Positions 43,424 to 51,889 of a stretch of 64,000 nucleotides of DNA are shown one piece after another (position 1 is the first letter of the stretch; the number at the start of each line of letters is the position of its first letter). Made by a program: the position numbers and the translations under genes. This DNA comes from an uncultured Flavobacteriaceae bacterium (lineage in GTDB: Bacteria; Bacteroidota; Bacteroidia; Flavobacteriales; Flavobacteriaceae): positions 20,074 through 84,073 of the forward strand of contig CAJIZF010000003.1 of NCBI GenBank assembly GCA_905181835.1, in the 5' to 3' direction. The notes below the pieces were generated by a model. That model was not told where the DNA came from. It did not search any database and was given only the letters and a program-made list of their open reading frames with translations.

Positions 43424-43455
43424 TTACTTTTGTAAAAATACAAAACGTATTATTA

Positions 43456-44106
43456 ATGACCTCCGAAAAAAAAGTAATCTATTCATCTTCGAATACCTAT
43501 TCAGTTTTAAATAACTATACAAAGAAAACAAAAAATGTTTGGATTGTTTTTCACGGATTAGGATATTTAAGTAAATATTTTATTAACTATTTTTCAAAAG
43601 TAAATACCGAAGAAAATTATATTATTGCTCCCCAAGCTCCCTCTAAATACTACCAAGGAAAAGATTTCAAACATGTTGGCGCCTCTTGGTTAACAAAAGT
43701 AAATACTCTTGAAGAAACTAAAAACATAATGAAATATGTTGATGAAGTTTATAAATCAGAGATTAATTCTACACCTAAAAATTTAATTATTTTAGGATAT
43801 TCGCAAGGAGTTTCAATAGCTACAAGATGGGTTGCATCTCGGAAAATTAATTGCGATCATTTAATATTACATTCAGGTGGTATACCAGTAGAATTAAACC
43901 CTGAAGATTTTTCACATTTAAAAAAAACTACTAAAGTTTGGTATACATACGGTAAAAGAGATCCATATATAAATGATGCTAGAAAGACTGAAGAAACTTT
44001 AAAAGGAAATCATTTATTCGGGAATCATTTAAAAATTGAGGTTTTCGATGGAATTCACGAAATAAACACCAATTTCATTATGAAAATTTCTAAAGAGAAC
44101 TCTTAA
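43456..44106 (+). CDS. Alpha/beta hydrolase (phospholipase/carboxylesterase-like)
   Basis: Nucleophile elbow GYSQG and a C-terminal GIHEI histidine. 216 aa. Confidence 0.65.
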   Translation: MTSEKKVIYSSSNTYSVLNNYTKKTKNVWIVFHGLGYLSKYFINYFSKVNTEENYIIAPQAPSKYYQGKDFKHVGASWLTKVNTLEETKNIMKYVDEVYKSEINSTPKNLIILGYSQGVSIATRWVASRKINCDHLILHSGGIPVELNPEDFSHLKKTTKVWYTYGKRDPYINDARKTEETLKGNHLFGNHLKIEVFDGIHEINTNFIMKISKENS

Positions 44107-44110
44107 TAAT

Positions 44111-44142
44111 AAAAAAAAGCGACTTTAAAGTCGCTTTTTTTT
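44111..44142. terminator. Bidirectional rho-independent terminator between the convergent esterase gene and dnaK
   Basis: AAAAAAAA-GCGACTT-TA-AAGTCGC-TTTTTTTT: a perfect 7-bp GC-containing stem flanked by A and T runs. Confidence 0.8.
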
Positions 44143-44160
44143 ATTACAAATGATTTCTTT

Positions 44161-46068
44161 TTATTTGACTTCTTCGAAATCTACATCTTCAACATCACTG
44201 TTTTCCTCTGCCGCTCCATCTTGGGCTCCAGCGTCTCCAGCAGGAGCACCACCTTGTTGCGCTTCAGCTTGTGCTTTATACATCTCTTCAGATGCAGCTT
44301 TCCAAGCCTCGTTGATCTTATCTAGTGCAGGTTGAATAGTTTCAACTTCTTTAGTTTCGTAAGCTTTTTTCAATTCTTCTAATGCTTCCTCTACTGGTTT
44401 CTTGTTGTCTTCAGATATTTTATCTCCAAATTCATTCAACTGCTTTTCAGTTTGAAAAATCATAGCATCTGCTTCGTTGAGCTTATCTGCTTTTTCCTTA
44501 ACTAACTTATCCGCTTCAGCATTTGCTTCTGCATCTTGTTTCATTTTTTGTACTTCCTCATCCGTTAAACCTGAAGATGCTTCAATTCGAATATCTTGAG
44601 ATTTACCTGTAGCTTTATCCGTAGCACTTACTTTAATGATTCCGTTAGCATCAATATCAAAAGTAACCTCAATTTGTGGTGTTCCTCTTTGTGCTGGTGG
44701 AATCCCATCTAAATGGAAACGACCGATTGTTTTATTATCAGCTGCCATCGGACGTTCTCCTTGCATTACGTGAATTTCAACACTTGGTTGGTTATCAGCA
44801 GCAGTCGAAAATACTTGCGATTTCTTCGTTGGTATGGTTGTGTTAGATTCAATTAAGTGAGTCATAACACCTCCCATAGTTTCAATTCCTAAAGAAAGTG
44901 GGGTTACATCTAATAACAAGACATCTTTTACGTCTCCTGTTAACACACCACCTTGAATAGCAGCTCCTAAAGCAACTACCTCATCTGGGTTTACTCCTTT
45001 ATTTGGTTTTTTACCAAAGAATTTTTCTACTGCTTCTTGCACTGCAGGAATACGAGTAGATCCACCTACTAAAATTATTTCATCAATATCACTTTTTGAA
45101 ATTCCTGCGTCTTTTAAAGCTTTTTCACAAGGTGCGATGGTTCTTTTTACTAAATCATCGATTAATTGCTCAAACTTTGATCTTGTTAATGATCTTACCA
45201 AGTGTTTAGGACCACTAGCTGTAGCAGTAACATAAGGTAAGTTTATTTCTGTTTGTGTAGACGCGGATAATTCAATTTTTGCCTTTTCCGCGGCTTCTTT
45301 TAAACGTTGTAGTGCCATTGGATCTTCCCGCAAATCAATGCCTTCATCTCCTTTAAACTCTTCTGCCAACCAGTTGATGATTTTTTGATCAACATCATCT
45401 CCTCCTAAATGAGTATCTCCGTCAGTAGATAACACTTCAAATACACCATCACCTAATTCAAGAATAGAAACATCATGTGTTCCGCCACCAAAATCAAATA
45501 CTACGATTTTTTGGTCGGTCCCTTTTTTATCCATTCCGTAAGCTAAAGCTGCTGCTGTTGGCTCATTAATAATTCTTCTAACTTTTAATCCAGCAATTTC
45601 ACCGGCTTCTTTAGTTGCATGACGCTGACTATCATTAAAATATGCTGGCACAGTAATTACTGCTTCAGAAACACTCTGTCCTAAATAATCTTCCGCTGTT
45701 TTTTTCATTTTCTGAAGAATCATAGCAGAAAGCTCTTGTGGAGTATACATCCTTCCATCAATATCTACACGAGCAGTATCGTTATCTCCTTTTACTACTT
45801 TATAAGCAGCACGTTTTGCCTCTTTATCAGATTCTGTAAACGTATTTCCCATAAATCTTTTAATCGAAGAAATGGTCTTTGTGGGGTTGGTTACTGCTTG
45901 CCTTTTCGCAGAATCTCCAACCTTAATTTCACCATCTTCAACAAATGCAATAACTGAAGGCGTTGTTCTTTTTCCTTCAGCATTAGGAATTACGGTTGGC
46001 TCACTACCTTCCATTACAGCCACACAAGAGTTGGTTGTTCCTAAATCGATTCCTATTATTTTACTCAT
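44161..46068 (-). CDS. dnaK: Molecular chaperone DnaK (Hsp70)
   Basis: [22 protein letters not shown]-type ([12 protein letters not shown]) and VGGSTRIP motifs. 635 aa. Confidence 0.97.
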   Translation of the reverse strand: MSKIIGIDLGTTNSCVAVMEGSEPTVIPNAEGKRTTPSVIAFVEDGEIKVGDSAKRQAVTNPTKTISSIKRFMGNTFTESDKEAKRAAYKVVKGDNDTARVDIDGRMYTPQELSAMILQKMKKTAEDYLGQSVSEAVITVPAYFNDSQRHATKEAGEIAGLKVRRIINEPTAAALAYGMDKKGTDQKIVVFDFGGGTHDVSILELGDGVFEVLSTDGDTHLGGDDVDQKIINWLAEEFKGDEGIDLREDPMALQRLKEAAEKAKIELSASTQTEINLPYVTATASGPKHLVRSLTRSKFEQLIDDLVKRTIAPCEKALKDAGISKSDIDEIILVGGSTRIPAVQEAVEKFFGKKPNKGVNPDEVVALGAAIQGGVLTGDVKDVLLLDVTPLSLGIETMGGVMTHLIESNTTIPTKKSQVFSTAADNQPSVEIHVMQGERPMAADNKTIGRFHLDGIPPAQRGTPQIEVTFDIDANGIIKVSATDKATGKSQDIRIEASSGLTDEEVQKMKQDAEANAEADKLVKEKADKLNEADAMIFQTEKQLNEFGDKISEDNKKPVEEALEELKKAYETKEVETIQPALDKINEAWKAASEEMYKAQAEAQQGGAPAGDAGAQDGAAEENSDVEDVDFEEVK

Positions 46069-46201
46069 AACTATAAATTATATTTTTATTTATCTATTTT
46101 AAATCTCAAAAAATACTCGAGACATTTTGTATATGGCAATCTTTATGCCAGTAGATTTGATATGACAGGGTGGCAGATTTATTCTTAAAAAGTCAGTCAA
46201 A

Positions 46202-47482
46202 TTAATTTTTAGTTGTTTTAAGTTTTAACAGCTCTTTCCATTGGGTGGTATAACGAGGACTGCGATCTTCCTTAACTAACTCCCATTCTTTAGCTCGTGT
46301 CCCTACTAAGCCTGAGAATAAAGTAGACTTACCGTATTTTCTATTAATTTTGTCAAAAACATGCATCAATTCATTTTTCTCCCAACGAGGAGTTGGTATA
46401 AATAAATTACCCTGTACATAGTTGCTAGGAATAATTCCACTTAAACAAACCCCTACTTTTTTAAAACGATAACCTGGTTTATAAATAATATTTAATGCTT
46501 TTTTTGCTTCAGAAATTAAAATAAAAGTATTGTTCGTAGGAATACCTAAGGTTACGGTAATACTCTTCGAATACTGTTGGTCATGATTACTAAAGTAATT
46601 CGTATGTAAAAAAACCTGAAGATAAGTTGCACAAGATTTTTGATTTCGAAGTAACTCACTTACCTCGCTAATATAAGAGGAACAAGCTTCTTGGATCATT
46701 CCTAAATCTTCTATTTTTTTTCCAAAAGATTTTGCAGTACCAATTCCCTTTTTTGGTGAGGGTACGGTTTTAAATTCAATAGTTGGTTTTCCTTGTAATT
46801 CGCTCCAAATACGAAGGCCTACAACTGTCATATTTTTTCGAACCCACTCCTTTGGAAGTTGTGTAAACTCGTAAGCATTTAAGATCCCTATATCTTTCAA
46901 GCGTTTCGAATGCTTACTTCCGATTCCCCATACCGTATTAATATCTGCCCATTGTAACGCTTCAATTCTTTTTTCTTCGGAATCAATAACAAAAACACCC
47001 TTGTTTTCTGAAACTCGCTTCTTAGAAATTTTATTGGCTAATTTTGCCAATACCTTCGTAGGTGCTATACCTACTCCTACTGGTAATCCTGTATATTGAA
47101 AAATAGTATCCTTAATTTGGTGTCCATAACAGTTCATAGAAAAATGTTTCATTCCAGATAAGTCTAAAAAAGCTTCATCAATACTGTAAATTTCAACTTC
47201 TGGAGAAAAAGAACTAAGAATATTCATAACGCGTTGAGACATTTCGCCATAGAGTGTATAATTAGAAGAAAAAAAGGTTACATTATTATCTATTAATAAC
47301 TTTTTAATCTTAAAAAAAGGCTCAAACATAGGAATTCCAGAAAGTGCTTTAGCTTCTTTATTCGCAGCAATTACACAACCGTCATTGTTACTTAACACCA
47401 CCACAGGTTTTCCCCATAAGTCTGGTCGAAAAACTTGTTCGCAAGTAGCATAAAAACTGTTGCAATCTACTAAGGCAATCAT
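46202..47482 (-). CDS. umuC: Y-family translesion DNA polymerase (UmuC-like)
   Basis: MIALVDCNSFYATCEQVFRPDL...VVVLSNNDGCVIA and the SIDEAFLD catalytic motif. It overlaps the umuD-like stop by 4 nt. Confidence 0.9.
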   Translation of the reverse strand: MIALVDCNSFYATCEQVFRPDLWGKPVVVLSNNDGCVIAANKEAKALSGIPMFEPFFKIKKLLIDNNVTFFSSNYTLYGEMSQRVMNILSSFSPEVEIYSIDEAFLDLSGMKHFSMNCYGHQIKDTIFQYTGLPVGVGIAPTKVLAKLANKISKKRVSENKGVFVIDSEEKRIEALQWADINTVWGIGSKHSKRLKDIGILNAYEFTQLPKEWVRKNMTVVGLRIWSELQGKPTIEFKTVPSPKKGIGTAKSFGKKIEDLGMIQEACSSYISEVSELLRNQKSCATYLQVFLHTNYFSNHDQQYSKSITVTLGIPTNNTFILISEAKKALNIIYKPGYRFKKVGVCLSGIIPSNYVQGNLFIPTPRWEKNELMHVFDKINRKYGKSTLFSGLVGTRAKEWELVKEDRSPRYTTQWKELLKLKTTKN

Positions 47483-47847
47483 CTGGCGTAATGAATGATG
47501 TAACTAATTAAACCCCACAAAACAAATTCAGTTTCTAAAAAAACTCTAGGAAATCTAATTACTTTAAATTCACCGTCTATAACTACTAAAACTAAATCGT
47601 TTTTCTTCGGAGCTAAAGATCGATCTATTAACAATACGTCTTTATCCCAAATATTATAATTTGAAAGTTCATCTCCGTCTATTCTTACATAAAACGTAGC
47701 ATCGCGATTGGCAATCAACTCTTTATGTAAATCTACACTTGGTTCTGCATAATGTGTCGCTGGACTTGGAAAACCGCTTTGTTTAGATAATCCTGAAGCT
47801 CCTTTATTTTTTATTTTACTCAGCTTTCCTGAAGAGAATATTTCCAT
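47479..47847 (-). CDS. UmuD-like S24-fold protein, catalytic Ser/Lys apparently substituted
   Basis: SGFPSPATHYAEPSVDLHKELI aligns with the E. coli UmuD segment CGFPSPAADYVEQRIDLNQLLI. The protease motif reads GDEL instead of GDSM, and GEFKVIRF replaces GEFTVKKL. Confidence 0.75.
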   Translation of the reverse strand: MEIFSSGKLSKIKNKGASGLSKQSGFPSPATHYAEPSVDLHKELIANRDATFYVRIDGDELSNYNIWDKDVLLIDRSLAPKKNDLVLVVIDGEFKVIRFPRVFLETEFVLWGLISYIIHYAR

Positions 47848-47899
47848 GATTCAAAAATATGGAATATTTCCATTTTAATTATGGAATATTTCCATTTTT
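47833..47899 (-). promoter_or_regulatory. Three tandem copies of a 15-bp palindromic element (ATGGAA-TAT-TTCCAT), candidate operator of the umuDC-like operon
   Basis: Perfect copies lie at 47859-47873 and 47881-47895. A 13/15 copy at 47833-47847 overlaps the start codon. A TATTTTTG -7-like box on the gene strand lies between copy 1 and the ATG. Confidence 0.55.
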
Positions 47900-48055
47900 T
47901 TAAAGAATTTTAATTTTAAAAAAGGATGTTTATTTTACTTCTAACTTGAAATTTTATGACAACTAGATGTAAATTGATAGTATAAAGACTTCGTATCAGA
48001 ATATTTTAAAAATTAAGCTCCAAAATTAGTACATTTACCAATCAATTTTAAAATT

Positions 48056-48874
48056 ATGAGCACTGCCAAAAAAGAATACAAACGAATAACTACCAAAACA
48101 TTGGTGGATATGAAGAGTAAGAATGAAAAAATATCGATGCTAACTGCTTACGATTATACGATGGCTAAAATTTTAGATAATGCTGGAATAGACGTAATCT
48201 TGGTAGGTGACTCCGCATCGAACGTGATGGCTGGTCACGAAACCACACTACCCATCACATTGAACGAAATGATATACCATGCCTCGTCCGTAGTAAGAGC
48301 AATTGACAGAAGCTTAGTGGTAGTTGATCTACCATTCGGAGCGTATCAAAGTGACCCAAAAAAAGCTTTAAGATCCGCTATTAGAATCATGAAAGAAAGC
48401 GGTGGACATGCTGTTAAATTAGAAGGAGGAAAAGAAATAAAAAATTCTGTAAAAAGAATTTTAAATGCAGGAATACCCGTAATGGGTCACTTAGGACTTA
48501 CCCCACAGTCTATCTACAAATTTGGAACGTATACCGTAAGAGCAAAAGAAGAAGAAGAAGCTAAACAATTAAAAAAAGACGCTTTATTACTTGAAAAAAT
48601 GGGCTGTTTTGCAATTGTGTTAGAAAAAGTGCCTGCAAAACTAGCTGAAGAAGTTGCTAAAAGTCTTCAAATTCCGATCATAGGTATTGGTGCAGGTAGT
48701 GGTGTCGATGGTCAAGTTTTAGTGACTCACGATATGTTGGGTATGACACATGAATTTAACCCAAGATTTTTGAGAAGGTATTTAGATATGTTCACAGAAA
48801 TGACCAATGCATTCAAAAAATATACAAATGATGTTAAAAATGGTGATTTTCCTAATGAAAAGGAGCAATATTAA
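48056..48874 (+). CDS. panB: 3-methyl-2-oxobutanoate hydroxymethyltransferase
   Basis: MLTAYDY...ILVGDS and GHLGLTPQS motifs. 272 aa. Confidence 0.92.
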   Translation: MSTAKKEYKRITTKTLVDMKSKNEKISMLTAYDYTMAKILDNAGIDVILVGDSASNVMAGHETTLPITLNEMIYHASSVVRAIDRSLVVVDLPFGAYQSDPKKALRSAIRIMKESGGHAVKLEGGKEIKNSVKRILNAGIPVMGHLGLTPQSIYKFGTYTVRAKEEEEAKQLKKDALLLEKMGCFAIVLEKVPAKLAEEVAKSLQIPIIGIGAGSGVDGQVLVTHDMLGMTHEFNPRFLRRYLDMFTEMTNAFKKYTNDVKNGDFPNEKEQY

Positions 48875-48891
48875 TAATACAAACACAGCAA

Positions 48892-49590
48892 TTGCCTATA
48901 AAAATTATATCAAATAAAGAAAACCTTCAAGTTATCTATGAAGACAATCACATCATCGCAATTAATAAAAGAGTCGGTGATATTGTACAAGGTGACCAAA
49001 CAGGAGACACTCCCCTTTCTGAAGTTGTCAAACAATATATAGCTGAAAAATACAATAAGCCCGGAAAGGTATACCTAGGCGTAGTTCATCGGTTGGACAG
49101 ACCGACAAGCGGAATTGTAATATTTGCTAAAACTAGTAAAGCCCTAACCAGACTTAATAAATTATTTTCAGAGAGAAAAACCGAAAAAACCTATTGGGCT
49201 GTTGTAAAAAAAAAGCCAGTCAAAATATCAGATGTATTAATTCATTATTTAAAAAGGAATTCTAAACAAAATAAATCATACGCTCATAAAAATGAAATTC
49301 CGGATAGTAAGAAAGCTATCTTAGAATATCAAGTTATTAAAAATTTGGATCACTATTCGCTGTTGGCAATCAATTTAAAAACAGGAAGGCACCACCAAAT
49401 TCGAGCTCAACTATCAAAAATTGGATCACCAATAAAGGGGGATTTAAAATATGGCTTTGACAGAAGCAATTCTAATGGAGGTATACATTTACATTCCAGG
49501 AGACTGTCTTTTATACACCCTGTTAAAAGCGAAAAAATTATTTTAACTGCTCCACTACCAAAAGATTCTATATGGAACGCCTGCGGTTAG
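48892..49590 (+). CDS. RluA-family pseudouridine synthase
   Basis: HRLDRPTSG catalytic Asp motif and the GRHHQIRAQL motif. TTG start. Confidence 0.85.
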   Translation: MPIKIISNKENLQVIYEDNHIIAINKRVGDIVQGDQTGDTPLSEVVKQYIAEKYNKPGKVYLGVVHRLDRPTSGIVIFAKTSKALTRLNKLFSERKTEKTYWAVVKKKPVKISDVLIHYLKRNSKQNKSYAHKNEIPDSKKAILEYQVIKNLDHYSLLAINLKTGRHHQIRAQLSKIGSPIKGDLKYGFDRSNSNGGIHLHSRRLSFIHPVKSEKIILTAPLPKDSIWNACG

Positions 49591-49613
49591 ATTGAATTAA
49601 TAATAAATTAATA

Positions 49614-50234
49614 ATGCTCATGAAATTATTTGATTTAGAATATGAACCCAAACGAAACTTATTACCATTGGACGGTACTGTCAATTATTTTGGTAAAATT
49701 TTAAATCAAGAGCAAGCTGACTATTATTATCAATCATTACGAAAAGATATTAAATGGGAACATGACGAAGCAATGATGTTTGGAAAAAAACTAGTAACCA
49801 AGCGGAAGGTTGCTTGGTATGCAAACGAAGCCTTTAGTTACACCTATTCTAAAATAACCAAGCAAGCTACACCTTGGACTCAAGAATTATTAGAACTAAA
49901 AAACATCATTGAAGAAACTACCAAAGAACAGTATAACTCCTGCTTATGTAATCTATACCATACTGGTGAAGAAGGAATGGGTTGGCACAGTGATGGTGAA
50001 AAAGATTTAAAAAAAAATGGCGCGATTGCATCAGTAACTTTAGGAGCAGAAAGAAAGTTCGCATTTAAGCATAAGGAATCGAAACAAAAAGTAGAAATTT
50101 ATCTGGAGCACGGAAGTTTATTGGTTATGAAAGATGAAACACAAACTCACTGGTTACACAGGCTTCCTCCTACAAAAAAAATTAACACTCCTAGAATAAA
50201 TCTTACTTTTAGAAGTATTGTAAAAAACAGTTAA
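49614..50234 (+). CDS. alkB: Alpha-ketoglutarate-dependent dioxygenase AlkB
   Basis: A Fe(II)/2OG facial triad context (WHSDGE ... HWLHRLP) and RINLTFR. Confidence 0.85.
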   Translation: MLMKLFDLEYEPKRNLLPLDGTVNYFGKILNQEQADYYYQSLRKDIKWEHDEAMMFGKKLVTKRKVAWYANEAFSYTYSKITKQATPWTQELLELKNIIEETTKEQYNSCLCNLYHTGEEGMGWHSDGEKDLKKNGAIASVTLGAERKFAFKHKESKQKVEIYLEHGSLLVMKDETQTHWLHRLPPTKKINTPRINLTFRSIVKNS

Positions 50235-51772
50235 CCTAACCAACCCTCTCGATCCAAACTTCGATACTGTATGGCCTCTGAAATATGTTCACTTAAAATA
50301 TTTTCAGAACCTTGTAAATCTGCAATAGTTCTAGAAACTTTTAAAATACGGTCATAAGCTCTTGCCGACAAATTAAGTTGCTTCATTGCAATTTTTAGTA
50401 ATTTAATAGATGTTTCATTTAATTTGCAAAATTGTCTAATTTGCTTCACTCCCATCTGAGCATTGTAAAAAATAGTTTCTGAATCATTAAATCTTGTCGT
50501 CTGTATATTTCTTGCTTTAATAACACGTTCTCTAATTACCTTGCTTAATTCACCACTGCGATCATCACTTAATTTATCAAAAGGTACAGGTGTTACCTCT
50601 ACATGAATATCTATACGATCTAATAATGGTCCAGAAACTTTGCTTAAATACCTTTGCATTTCAGCAGGTGTTGAAGTCATAGGCGCATTTGGATCATTAA
50701 AATAACCACTCGGACTGGGATTCATACTTGCGACTAACATAAAACTGGATGGGTACGTAACGGTAAATTTAGCTCTCGAAATAGTTACTTCTCTATCTTC
50801 CAGAGGTTGCCTCATAACTTCTAAAACTGTTCTTTTAAATTCAGGTAATTCATCTAAAAACAACACCCCGTTATGTGATAATGATATTTCTCCAGGTTGC
50901 GGGTAGGTACCTCCTCCTACAAGAGCCACATCCGAAATGGTATGATGAGGACTTCTAAAAGGCCTGGAACTCATAATTCCTCCTTTTTTAATAGTCCTGC
51001 CAGTTATACTATGTATTTTGGTAGTTTCTAATGCTTCGCCTAAAGTCATGGGAGGTAAAATACTGGGCAATCGCTTTGCTAACATTGTTTTACCAGAACC
51101 TGGAGGCCCAATTAAAATTATGTTATGACCTCCTGCTGCAGCGATCTCCATACATCGCTTTATAGATTCTTGACCTTTAACATCTGCAAAATCAAATTCA
51201 GGATTTTCTAATAGATGATTAAATTCAGATTCTATATCAACTTTTGTTATTTCTAAGGATTCTCCTTTATCAATATAATTAATAACTTCTTCAATAGTGT
51301 CAACTCCATAAACATCGATCCCTTCAACTATCGCAGCTTCTTTAGCATTTATTTTAGGAAGTATAAAACCTTTAAAACCTTCCTCTTTAGCTTTTATAGC
51401 TATTGGTAAAGCTCCTCGAATGGGCTGAAGGTTACCATCTAACGATAATTCACCCATGATGATATAATTTTCTAATAGGTTAGTTTCTTTAATTTGTCCA
51501 GTAGCAACTAAAATTCCCATTGCTAATGTTAAATCATACGCGGATCCTTCTTTCCGCATATCTGCAGGAGACATATTTAAAATTAATTTTTTTCCAGGAA
51601 TTTTAAAGCCGTTGTTTTGTAGTGCAGCAGCAATTCTATAATTACTTTCTCTAATAGCGTTGTCTGGTAATCCTACTAAATGATACCCAATACCTTTATC
51701 AACGTTTACTTCTATTGTAATCGTGCTTGAATCAACTCCAAACACGGCACTCCCATATACTTTTGTAAGCAT
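50231..51772 (-). CDS. comM: YifB/ComM family Mg-chelatase-like AAA+ ATPase
   Basis: N-terminal Lon-protease-like domain, Walker A GPPGSGKTMLA, and VLFLDELPEF. 513 aa. Confidence 0.9.
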   Translation of the reverse strand: MLTKVYGSAVFGVDSSTITIEVNVDKGIGYHLVGLPDNAIRESNYRIAAALQNNGFKIPGKKLILNMSPADMRKEGSAYDLTLAMGILVATGQIKETNLLENYIIMGELSLDGNLQPIRGALPIAIKAKEEGFKGFILPKINAKEAAIVEGIDVYGVDTIEEVINYIDKGESLEITKVDIESEFNHLLENPEFDFADVKGQESIKRCMEIAAAGGHNIILIGPPGSGKTMLAKRLPSILPPMTLGEALETTKIHSITGRTIKKGGIMSSRPFRSPHHTISDVALVGGGTYPQPGEISLSHNGVLFLDELPEFKRTVLEVMRQPLEDREVTISRAKFTVTYPSSFMLVASMNPSPSGYFNDPNAPMTSTPAEMQRYLSKVSGPLLDRIDIHVEVTPVPFDKLSDDRSGELSKVIRERVIKARNIQTTRFNDSETIFYNAQMGVKQIRQFCKLNETSIKLLKIAMKQLNLSARAYDRILKVSRTIADLQGSENILSEHISEAIQYRSLDREGWLG

Positions 51773-51834
51773 ATTATATTTGTTTAAGATAAGGGAGTTA
51801 TTGAAAGTATTAAGATAGTAATTTTATTGTAATC

Positions 51835-51870
51835 AAAAAAGCCTTTATCGTTAATGATAAAGGCTTTTTT
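51835..51870 (-). terminator. Rho-independent terminator downstream of the S8 peptidase gene (hairpin is symmetric, so usable on both strands)
   Basis: AAAAAA-GCCTTTATC-gttaat-GATAAAGGC-TTTTTT. Confidence 0.8.
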
Positions 51871-51889
51871 AAATTCTCTTTATTTAGTA

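Noticed and set aside
42915-43514. Plus-strand ORFs 42915-43124 and 43284-43514, and similar short ORFs inside menD (40275-40542).
   Set aside because: They overlap well-supported minus-strand genes (menF, thioesterase, menD) and have no start context or family resemblance.
44150-44335. A 61-aa plus-strand ORF rich in Ser, Ala and Pro, and a locally GC-rich patch.
   Set aside because: It is antisense to the Ala/Gly/Glu-rich C-terminal tail of DnaK ([20 protein letters not shown]). The composition comes from that coding sequence, not from a separate gene or foreign DNA.
45736-46102. Two overlapping plus-strand ORFs (73 and 76 aa).
   Set aside because: They are shadow ORFs antisense to the highly conserved dnaK N-terminal coding region.
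47854-47895. Mini-ORFs created by the repeated ATGGAAATATTC element: MEIFHN followed by a stop, and a 17-codon ORF running into umuD out of frame. These could be leader peptides.
   Set aside because: There is no ribosome-binding context that I can evaluate and no attenuator structure. The ATGs are more simply explained as part of the palindromic operator or duplication. They are kept only as a note under the operator finding.
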